From Vitrella brassicaformis CCMP3155 (Eukaryota > Protista > Chromerida): 64,000 bases of DNA. Location of the stretch: the NCBI GenBank assembly GCA_001179505.1, contig CDMY01000496.1, positions 1-64,000 on the forward strand. The letters are read 5' to 3'. Both the position numbers and the translations under genes were made by a program. Under the pieces are notes generated by a model. That model was not told the DNA's origin. It did not search any database and saw nothing but the letters and a program-made list of their open reading frames with translations. Shown piece by piece: positions 37,321 through 48,628 of this stretch; the stretch's first letter is position 1, and each line of letters begins with the position of its first letter.

Positions 37321-39484
37321 GCCATCTGTGCGCGTGTGTACTTGCGCGTGTGTGTGTGTGTGTTATATCAACTCAGGCGGTGTTCCGTTGCCAGGCCAAG
37401 GTCGGCACCGGTCCGCTGAACAGCCAGAGGGTGTGCATGTACAAGGAAAATGTACCCGTAGAGGAAGGTAATCTACACACACACAGACAGGATAGATGCA
37501 ATCAATGCCTACATGTGGTGGGGTGGGGTGGATTTGTGTGTGCAGGTGGGAAGGTGGTCGAGCCCGAGAGCTGTCCCGCCTGCAAGAAGACCAAATCCAT
37601 GACACTCGTCAGCTGACCTCCACCACACACACTCTCTGTCTGTCTGTGTGCAAATGACATGTCCCTCTGTGTTTGTGTGGATGGATGGATGGATGTGTGG
37701 ATGTGTGGATGCAGTCTCACGGCGAGTGCATCTTCAGCGACAAGCAGCTCATCAAACTCCAGGTGCCCACGCGCGGAGCTGCGTACAACACAACACACAC
37801 ACACACACACGTACTCATGCAATGCAGGAGTCGCCCGAGGACATGCCGGCCGGCGAGACGCCTCAGACCAGTGCCTATACCCACCCCTACCACACACCCA
37901 TGCGCGAGTGTGTGTGAATGTGTCGTTTTTTTTTCATCAGTTCAAGTGTTTGCCTACAGCGACCTGGTGGACTTCGCCCTTCCCGGAGACAGAGTCGAGG
38001 TCACAGGTACGTCACGCGACCGCCTTGCCCACACAACCACAACCACACCCACACACCCATTCATCCACACACAGGTGTGTATCGGTGCAAGCCACTGCGC
38101 GTGACGAGGCGCGTCCGGACGCTCAAATCCGTCTTCAAAACGTACGGAATATACATCGAGACCCCCCCCCCCCCNNNNNNNNNNNNNNNNNNNNNNNNNN
38201 NNNNNNNNNNNNNNNNNNNNNNNNNNNNNNNNNNNNNNNNNNNNNNNNNNNNNNNNNNNNNNNNNNNNNNNNNNNNNNNNNNNNNNNNNNNNNNNNNNNN
38301 NNNNNNNNNNNNNNNNNNNNNNNNNNNNNNNNNNNNNNNNNNNNNNNNNNNNNNNNNNNNNNNNNNNNNNNNNNNNNNNNNNNNNNNNNNNNNNNNNNNN
38401 NNNNNNNNNNNNNNNNNNNNNNNNNNNNNNNNNNNNNNNNNNNNNNNNNNNNNNNNNNNNNNNNNNNNNNNNNNCCCCCCCCCCCCACACAGAGAGAGAG
38501 GGGGGCAGAGAGAGGGCGAGGCGCCAATGTGAGTGTGCGTGTTCCAATGGCTGACAGGTTTGTTGACGCGTACAACATCCAGAAGACGGCGAGCGAGCGG
38601 ATGCGCATCGCAGAGAACGACGACCAGGCCCAGCCAGGGGGCGATGAGGTCGACCTGGGCTTCACTCAGCAGGAGATCGACAAATTCAAAGAGATAGCCG
38701 ACATGGGGGAGGTACGCGAGCCATCAACACACAACACACATGACCTCGATGGATGGATGGATGGCTGGATGGATGGCATCCATAACAGGGTGTGTACAAG
38801 GTGCTGGTCAAGAGCTTCGCCCCGAGCATCTGGGAGAATGACGACGTCAAAAAGGGTACGTGTGTGTGTGTGTGTGTGTGAGAACAAAAGAGCACTTGCC
38901 GGATGCACGCATTTCTCTGTGTGTGTTGGGGTAGGTTTGCTGTGTCAGCTGTTCGGGGGCAATGCGTGCTACAAGACGCGCAACAAAGACGGCAAAGTCA
39001 CCTGGAGAGTCAGGTCAGTCTGAGTACATGTGCTGTGTGCTGTGTGTGAATGTGCTCCGACGCCGTGCCGTGTGTGTAGGGGTGAGATGAACATTTTGTT
39101 GTGCGGCGACCCCTCGACGGCCAAGTCGCAGCTGCTGGGATACTCACACAAGATTGCACACAGGTAGTTAAATACCTGTGAGACCACACGAGAGAGCGAA
39201 AGCATACCACGTCTCAAACACATGGATGGACAGGGCCACGCAGGCGACCGGCAGAGGCACGTCGGCCACCGGCCTGACAGCCTACATACTCAAGGCAATC
39301 TCACAATCACACAATAAGACCAACACGGAAACACACACATGGATGGCTGGCTATGTCTCTGCGTGTGTGTGTTGATAGGATCCCGAGACCAAGGAGGTGA
39401 TTTTGGAGAGCGGCGCACTCGTACTCGGAGACAGAGGTAACCCTCCCCAACCCAATTTCCCATATTCATCTCTTTGCGTTTCTT

Positions 39485-39520
<36 letters not shown>

Positions 39521-41470
39521 TGTGTGTCACCAGGTTTGTGTTGCATCGACGAGTTTGACAAGATGGACGACAGCGCACGGTAGAAACCAGCAGCTCACCG
39601 TGCACACGCACATGCATTCACCTGAGAGTTGGGCTATGTGTGTGTGTGTGAAGTGCGATATTGCACGAGGCGATGGAGCAGCAGACGGTGTCCATCGCCA
39701 AGGCCGGCATGGTCTGCTCACTCAACGCCAGAACCGGTGGGTGCCTGGTGGGGAGTCTGTGCATCCCGAATGGGTGGATGGATTTTCTCTCTTTCTCTCT
39801 CTCCTGCGTGTGTGCACATTCAGCTGTGCTCGCGTGTGCGAATCCCGTGCTGTCGCGATACGACCCCACCAAAGTACACACAGAGACACAGACACACACA
39901 GGTGGATGGGATGCCCCTTTGTCCTGTGTGTGATGTGTGTGCAGTCGATAGTGGCCAACATCAACCTGCCGCCCACGCTGATGTCGCGATTCGACCTCAT
40001 CTACCTCATGCTGGACAAGGCAAACAACCAACCACACACCCACTAGCCTCCACACACACACACACACACACAGGGGGGGAGACAGACACGGACACACACC
40101 ACTCTCTGTCTCTCTGTGTGTGTTGGGTGTGGTGTGTGTGTTCAGTCCAACGCAACGACCGACGAGAAGTTGGCCCGGCACATCGCCCTCCTCTACTGCG
40201 GCGATGCGGCATACAACATGGGGGATGGCGAGGGAGGGGAGGGGGAGGGGGAGGGGGAGGTGGAGTTGCTCGACCGCAAGCTGCTCGCAAACTACATCAG
40301 CTATGCTCGCACGTACGCACACACAAAGGGACCAATGGGTGGGTCAACACACGTCGTGGGTGTTGTCTTGTGGGTGGGGTGTTGTTGTGCAGTCACGTGA
40401 AGCCCCGGCTCACGAATGACGCCGCCGAAGCACTGCAGGACGTATGTATGCCCGTTGATGCCCACCAGCACTCACTCGCCCATAACTCTCTCCCTTTCTC
40501 TCTGTCTGTCTGTCTGCCTGCCTGTCTGTCTGTGGGTATGCTTGTCTACAGTCCTATGTTGCGATCCGCCAGGAGGGAGGGAGCTCGCGAAGGCAACCAT
40601 ACACACATCCACTCACCCACCAGTCTATCTTCGGGTGTGTGTATTGGCTGCACGCAGGAATATCACGGCAACCCCCCGTCAGCTCGAGAGTTTGATCCGC
40701 ATCAGCGAGGCCCTCGCGCGTATGCAGCTCAAGGAGATGGTGGAGCCAGCACACGTGCGGGAGGCCGTCAGGTAACCACACACACACAGACAAGACACAC
40801 ACACACGTGTTTGTATCTCTCTCTGTGCGTGCAGGTTGATGAGGGCCGCCACGTTCAAAGCCGCCGTCGACCCACACACAGGCACCTATACACATACACA
40901 CACACACACACACACGCGGAGAGAGACGGAGAGAGAGAGAGAGAGAGAGAGACGCGGATGGATGGATGGATGGGTGCATCTGTCTGTTTGTGTGCAGGTC
41001 GCATAGACATGGACGCGTTGTTCACGGGCACGAGCAACCTCGCGAGAGAACGGACCAACAAGATCGAAGAGGCCACCGTAGAGGCCCTGGTCCGTCTGCC
41101 ACCGAGCCACATACATTCAAAAACACATATATCCATGTGTGTGTCAGAGGAATGCCCCCAATGGGATGAAGGCCGAGGACCTGCTGCGCGAAGTCAACCA
41201 GACCCTGGTACGTACGCATTATTGATTGACGCGTCCGTGGACGAGAGCAAAGCTCCGATCTGTGTGTGGCGTGGTGTGTATTTAGACGGCTGAGGAGCTC
41301 GAGACCCTCGACCAGATCGAATTTGACTCGCACCTGGCGGGACTCGTCCGCAACAGTACGCACAGACAGAGAGAGAGAGAGAGAGCGACCCATCCATCCA
41401 TGTGTGTGTGATTGCAGGTGTTATTCGTGAGACAGCACACAAGGTGTACCTCCTGGTGGTCACGGAGTGA
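35679..41470 (+). CDS. MCM4: DNA replication licensing factor MCM4 (more than 30 exons; gap at 38175-38474)
   Basis: GETPQT, PGDRVEVTG, GDPSTAKSQ (Walker A), CCIDEFDKM (Walker B), EAMEQQTVSIAKAG, NINLPPTLMSRFDLI (Arg finger), ITATPRQLESLIRISEA, AVDPHTGRIDMD; stop at 41468-41470. Confidence 0.95.
38175..38474. other. Assembly gap (300 N) between poly-C runs inside MCM4
   Basis: Poly-C on both flanks. Confidence 0.9.
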
Positions 41471-41919
41471 CCGGCAAAGTGAGTGGGTGGGATGGATGGA
41501 TGGATGGTAGAAGAACTGCGTATACAGGTGCGTGCGTGTGATACCTCTACGTGGATGTGCGGCCGCCATGGTATGTTCGTATGACCTGTATGGATTGATT
41601 GAGCGAACTCATGTGTCCCCGTCCGTCCTTCTCACCTGTCCAGCACCCCACCCCACCAAGAAAAGGCCACTCGTCCACCCACACCCACACCCACACAACG
41701 GATAAATCGTTCGTACAAGTATACAGCTTCAACTGGAAAAAGTTGAGCAAAACCACCGCATAGACACACACACTCACACGTTCACACATATACAGAATAA
41801 AGCCATGACGCCGTACGCACACTCGAGCGCCGTCAGGATACACACATACATTCACGCGCAGAGGCAAGAACCCTTCATAAAAACAGCACAATACAGCGCT
41901 ACCCGTCCTACCGCCCCGG

Positions 41920-43605
41920 CTAGTTCGGCGCCCGTTGGCCATCTGCGTCAATTTCCGGGTTGCACGGCGGGGGCGGCACGGGCGACCCCACCACCACCAC
42001 AGGGGCACCACCAGCACCACTGCTGCTGCTGGACTCACCTGCCTGCTGCTGCTGGTGGTGCTGTTCTTCGGCATCAGAAGCAGCAGCAGGGTGTTGCGGA
42101 ACGGGAGGTAATGGGTGCAAGCGGCCTGCATGCCATACACACACAGCAATGGGCCGGGGGAATGGGTCCAGGTGTGTGGTGTGGTGTGTGACTGCGGTTA
42201 CGAGGTTGCCCCTTAGGTCGTCTCCTGAGGCCCAGGAAGTAAGCATGTGTCTGCAGAGGGAGACAGAGATGCGCACACACATACGCGTCGATCAATCAAT
42301 CAGTGTGTTTCCAGCGTGTTTGTGTACCCCTCGGGCGTGCAGGTTGATGTAGTATATCAGCCACAGAATGCCCGGACCAACAGCTATGCCCAGCTGACAT
42401 GACACACGACGCGCGTCTGTAATATACTATGTCTGTGCTCTCGGCTAGCTATGTGTGTAGACCTACCGCCGTCCACACGAGGGAGAAGGGCGAGTGGAAG
42501 AGAAACCGCGCCTTCCACGGCCCATCAAACTCCCCACCTGCACACACACACGCACAAGCAATGTGACCTGTTTATGCAGAGGCTGTGTGCATCACATAAG
42601 CACCTTTCCAGTGCAAGTTGGCCCATCCGACAGGAGCGGCCAGCAGCCCCACCACGATTGAAAGCAGCACACAGTTGACCACGAAACACACCACACCGAA
42701 CACCATGCTGCCCACCTGCACACACAGACAACCAGACAGACAGACAGACAGACCCGTCAAAAGCACCTGTGCGCATGGATGTGTGTGTGTGTATGGGTTT
42801 CGCTGCCTTACGGCAACGTATATGCGGACATTCCAAGGCGCCCCGCCCTTGATGAAGGCGCAGAGACCGCCGCAGGAGAAGCAAGAAGGCCCGCCAGTCT
42901 GTCGACACGTGACACACAACACATGCAATTCCACCCACCCATCCATCCGTCCATCTGCCACCCTTTCATTGCCTCCATACACGTGGGTCGTCGTCAAACT
43001 CTGCCACAGACGGGGGAGAGGGCTGCTTCAGCTGACGACACAAACAGACAGATGAGTCTGTGTGGGCTGGATGCGGTGCTCGGTTGCTTACATGGTATGT
43101 GTGGTGTCTGTCCAGCCCGTTGAGCAGCGCCATCTGCATGGCCCGATACACAAAGGCAAAGGCGCCGCCCAAAGCGATGAACACCACACCAACCAGACAC
43201 GCGGGAAGCAGCCCAATGCCCACCTGCACAACACGCCATCCAACCACACAGACACACACCCATTGGGTCTTGTGTGTATGTGTGTGTGTGTGTGTGTCGG
43301 CCGATTGACTGACCAATGTGAGAGTGAGTGTGGTGATGCCGAAAACGAGGTTGAGTGGCAGCTGCAGCAGCGCCATGTGGAAGAGCCCGCCCCAGAAGTC
43401 AGCAGAGAACAGCACGCCGAAATAACTGAGGCCACCTGCACAAAACAAACACACACCAACACCAATGCCCTGCAGTGCGGTGCGCCCGCCATCTGTGTGT
43501 GCATACTGTACCCGTGAAGGAGCACGCCAGTTCCTCTGCGCTGGGCGGTTCGTGGACCGCATAGCGCACAGACGACTGCATCATCTGGACAGATGACGAC
43601 TGCAT
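41920..43605 (-). CDS. Multi-pass membrane protein resembling the bacterial 'putative sensor' membrane domain
   Basis: Spliced FSADFWGGLFHMALLQLPLNLVFGITTLTL|VGIGLLPACLVGVVFIALGGAFAFVYRAMQMALLNGL ... WNVRIYVA|VGSMVFGVVCFVVNCVLLSIVVGLLAAP ... LGIAVGPGILWLIYYINL; stop at 41920. Confidence 0.6.
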
Positions 43606-43806
43606 GGCCCAATCTGCGCCTCCCTCACTTGTGCGAGCTCATGCCACAGCTTGCCATTCTTGTTGTCGGAAGATCCCGCCGCTTTTTGCCGTTGTTTTGC
43701 CTGCCGTGAGCGTCATTCGCCTCTCGTCGACCGTTCCTACCGGTGAGAAGCGAGCGAGACGTCCTTGACCTCGGTCATCTGTGTGAGCTGCCTCGACAAC
43801 CGACCG

Positions 43807-45623
43807 ATGGCGTCATCTGGCAGCCCTGTGCTGAATCAGCTGTTAGCGACGATCGGCGCTGTTGGCGGCGGTGCGGCCGCCGCCAGCGCGTCGGCGAGTA
43901 GTGGAGCGGCTGCAGCAGCTGCTGCTGCCGGTGGTGCGGGAGCAAGTGTGCAGCAGGGCGGTGCTGCTAGTGCTGGTGGGTGGGAGGGAATGATCGGATC
44001 AGATGGGATGGGGAGCAGATCTACGCATGTGCATGTGGATCTATCGCTGTGTGGCGTTTGGTGTGTGTGCAGGTGGTGGTGGTGGTTCTTCTGCCGCTTC
44101 CCCGAGTTTTGACATGCTGCATCAGCACATACTCAACCCCATTCAGGACAGTAAGCGGACAGACAGACACACCGACCCACCTCACCCCACAAAGATAGAT
44201 ACGATGGATGGGTGTGTGCGTGTTCAGAGGACTCGCTGGTGACACTGATCTCTCACCTGCGCGACAACGAACAAGTCCTCAAGGATAACAAACGTAGGCA
44301 CGCAGGCGCCATCCCCCCCCCCACACACGCACACACGGATGCTCTCACACACGTATGTGTGTGTGGATGTATCTGTGTGTCCGTATGCAGAGAATGTGTC
44401 CACCCTCCTGAACAACCTCAGCAATGCCACCCACTCTGCCGTCATCGCCGTGCTGCTGCGGTGCGACCTCCACACGCACACACACACAGAGAGAGAGAGA
44501 GCGAGATGAGCATGTTGTTTGTGTGTGCGTTGGATGTGCTGTGTGTGTTGTGTGCAGATCTCAGATGAGGCACATGGACGACAACGCCGACCGGAATGCG
44601 GTGTTCCGCTACGTGACCAACTTCCTCAAGGACTGCGACGCCACACAGGTGCACACACACACACACCCCTGCACACACGCTCGCACAACAGATGGACGGG
44701 TGTGTGTGTGTGTGTGGTAAAGATCAAGCTGGTGGCTCGCGAGTTCTACTCCATTTGTTCCCGATACTCAGAGATGGCCATGCAGCTCCCCCAAGGCACA
44801 CACGCACACACCGCCACACACGCACGCGTGTCTGTGTGTGTATACTGTGTGTGTGGTGGCACATGCAGGTCTGCGTGCGTTGCCTGCGTTGAAGGCGGCG
44901 ATCGGCAAGCTGCAGCCGGCGCCCCATGTGCTCACACCCATACACCCGGAATTCCTCAAAGTGAGGAACGACACTCACACACACATATACACACAGGCGG
45001 ATACCCGTGTTGGTGTGTGTGATGTGTGTTGACTGATATTGTGTGTCTGGCAGGTGTGTCTGAAGCTGAAGCACTACACGTACGCCGTCGACGTGATAGA
45101 GGTGCCCATTCTCGATCTCAAACCCAAGGTAAATCCACACACACACAACACACACAGCGTCATATGTGTCTGTGTATGTGTCTGTGGTCGTGTGTGTGCG
45201 TGTGTTCTTAGCAAACGTGTCTGTACGTGGAGGATTTTCTGCTGTACTTCTACTACGGCGCCATGATACACATCGGACTCAAGGCAACCACACCACACAC
45301 CCACCCATCCACACACCCTGACACACACGCACTCATGTGTGTGGCGTGTTTGTGTGTGCAGGAGTACCCCCGCGCCATTCAGTTCCTCAATCTCGTGCTG
45401 TGCTGCCCCGGCACATGTGTGTCGGCCATACAAGTATGGATGGATCGATGCGTGTGTACGTGTGTGTGTGTGTGTGTCAATCTGACGTCAATGTCAGATT
45501 GACGCGTGGAAGAAGCTGGTGTTGGTGCATCTGATCGAACACGGCGAGGGCCCCCAGACACCCAAATCATCACCTGTCAGTGTGCTGCACACATATACAT
45601 GCACATATGCACACGCGCATTCC

Positions 45624-45657
<34 letters not shown>

Positions 45658-47784
45658 GCGTTGTCTCGTGCTATCGCTCCCTCCAGCGGCCATCACAACT
45701 ACCGCTCGCAGTCCTCTGGCGCAGTGGTATACACAGACACTCACACAAGACATACAGGGAAGATAGCATCGCCACTTGTGTGTGTGCGGTGTGTGCAGGG
45801 TCTGTCGCCCTACAATGACATCATCGACGCGTTCAAAAGCAAAGTACCCATCCCCCCAAATGCACACACATTAGCCTATGTGGCTACATTCGCCTGTGTG
45901 TGTGCAGGATACTGTCAAGATGGCCCGTGTGCTGAGCGGCCCCTCCTCTGTCGACATACTCAACCGCGACCAAAACATGGGACTTGCCAAACAATGCAGC
46001 GCTGTAAGATCGACACCACACAAACACACACACACCCATTCACACGCATGTCTCTGTCCATCCATATATCAGGCGCTGCACCGTCGTATGATAGTGAACC
46101 TGACGTCTACGTATCTCACCCTCTCCCTCGACGACATCAGACAGCGAGTGCACCTTCAGGTAGTGACGCATGAGCGTTGGACGTGTGCCTCTTGTGTGAT
46201 GGATGGATGGATGGATGAATGGATGTGTGCAGTCTGTGGACGAGGCCGAGACGATGGTCTTCGACATGATCACCCGGGTAAGTGGAGTGTGAGAGAGAGG
46301 GGAAACAGATGGGAATGGCGTGGCCCGCCCCCTCTACACACACGTGCATGACGATGGGTGCAGGGTCAGATCAACGCGGTGATAGACCACAGCTCCAACC
46401 ACGTCATATTCAGCGAAGGAGACACAGACGAGGTACACACACACACCAAACCACACAGACATACTGATGACCACCGATGTGTGTGTGTGTGTGTGTGTGT
46501 GCAGGATTCGACCAAGGATAGTGGGGAGGGCGTGTTGACTCAGCAGCAGATGGACGCACAGGCCAAACAGATGATCGACATAGGCGAGATGATCCGAAAA
46601 CTAGACATACAGGTACACATCACACACACGCCACCACACACCCCACCGTGTGTGTGCTCACACGTCCACACCCACAGATAGCGGTGGACCCCCATTTCCT
46701 CAAGCGCAAGGAAGGCGGCGAGCGTGGCGGTGGGGCCCTCTTCGACGATGAGCGAGAGTGTATGCAACCACACAACACAACTCCCCACCCCGCACATCTA
46801 GGTGTGTGTGTGCATGTGTGCATTCAGTTGGCTTCGGTCGGTCGCGTGCGATGCGCTACGGCCCTTCGCGTGTCGACACCATGCGAAACGCATCGCGAAA
46901 GAACGTCATGCCCATGCAGGTGGGTCGCTGACTCACGAGCACACAACCCACAAGCCACTCATCCACGCATTCATTGATCAGGGTCGTTTGCGTCGCGAGG
47001 GAGCGCCTTTGCCGCGTGAGGGAGCGCCTTCGCAGCGTCGCTTCCGGCAGCCGGCCATCAAGGAGCGAGATAGAGACCGCGACAACCGGGACGGCCGAAC
47101 GATGGGTACTCACTTGAGAAATCGAGAGACGCATCTGCACCAAAGGATCTCTCTCCCTGTCTCTCTCTCTGTGTTTGTGTCAAGGTATGGATGTGGACAA
47201 CGACATGGAGATGGGCGATGAAGATGACGACGAGGAAGGCGCAGACGGTGAGATGACGCCCCATACACACCCGTTCATCCCTCCATACACACCGCCTGTC
47301 TGTGTGCCATGTGTGCCGTTTAGAGGATGAGTTGAACGGCGAGGAGGAGACCCCCCGCTCGGGCGTCAAGCGACCCTACCAGCAGCGACTCGCAAGTAAC
47401 CCCACACCTATCCAGGCGCACCCACACCCACCCTCACACCCCAATGTGCACACTCAGATGACGATATGGATGTGCTCCCTGCTGGCCGCGAGCACGACCC
47501 CATGGAGAACGGCGTCGACGCCATTGAAGAGGAGGAGGGACACCACGACAATGGCAACAACGACGGTGACACCGGCGGCGGGGGCGCACGCGACAAGCAC
47601 CAGCGAGACCAAGTGAGGTGATCGAGGGATGATAGGTAGGCAGGCCATATGGGAGACACACATGTGGACACACATGGGGTTGTGTGTTGTGTGTTGGGTG
47701 CAGGTGGACCAGAGCGGCGATGCGGTGATGGCCTCTGCAGACAATGCGCCCGAGATGACCACCACAGAGGGGCGGCTCCAGTGA
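43807..47784 (+). CDS. CSN3: COP9 signalosome subunit 3 (PCI domain) with an acidic C-terminal extension
   Basis: LTPIHPEFLKVCLKLKHY, FLLYFYYGAMIHIGLKEYPRA, SAIQIDAWKKLVLVHL, DQNMGLAKQ, IVNLTSTYLTLSLDDI, EAETMVFDMITRGQINAVID. Confidence 0.88.
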
Positions 47785-48628
47785 ACATACCGACACCCAA
47801 TGTACACTTACAGACATACAGCGGAGGAAGGACATTTTGTGCATTTTAATCGGCAGCCAGCCTTCATGTGTGAGTGCGTGTGCCTGCCTGCATTGATTGA
47901 TGATGACCGTTTTTGTGTCTTTGTGGGAGTGAATGGAATGGGTGGCGGCTGGGGGAATGGGGTGAGGGAGGCGCAAAGCGGCACATAGCAGATGGACCGA
48001 TGGCTGGATGTGTGGTGGTGGAATGGATTTGTGACAATGACGGTCGATTCCTTCATTGGTTGGTTCATTTATCCATGCGAGTACGCCTGCCTGCCTTTCA
48101 TTATCAAGAGCAGCCTTATTCTTTCTCTCTCCCTCTCTCGTCGCCTGTGCCATAGAGAAAGCCGTCAATGCATGTGTGTGTGTGTGTCAGTTCGTTTGCG
48201 CGTGTGCAATAGGGCCGCCAAAGGATGTGTTTCCATGCAGTGATGTCGTATCTCACTCCCCAGTGTATGCGTGTCACGCCCATAGAGCCGCCCATCCATC
48301 AGGACAAAAGAGTGTGGCTCTCTGTGTCTGAGAGTGCTCTCTGCACTACATACCCGCCTTGTTTGTCAGAAGCGACACGAGTATCGGTGAAGGCCTGTCC
48401 ATCCCACCTCACAGACACTAGGGACGCAGAGAGCGACGCGCAGGGATGGACAAGTGACTCACGCAATCAGTCACTGCTGCAGACACACAGACACAACACA
48501 TGCATCTATCGATTTCAACGTGCACATCTTCCAGGCATACCTTTTGGACTCGTTCGGCCCCCTCCGCTCCCTCTGAAATCTCCCTCCCATCTGCGAGCTA
48601 AGCTTGCAAACCTGCCGTGCGCGTGAAG

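Noticed and set aside
48624-48626. In-frame TGA between ORFs 48225-48626 and 48630-49088 (possible readthrough or selenocysteine)
   Set aside because: An AG acceptor right after the stop explains it more simply, and I recognised no SECIS or redox motif.
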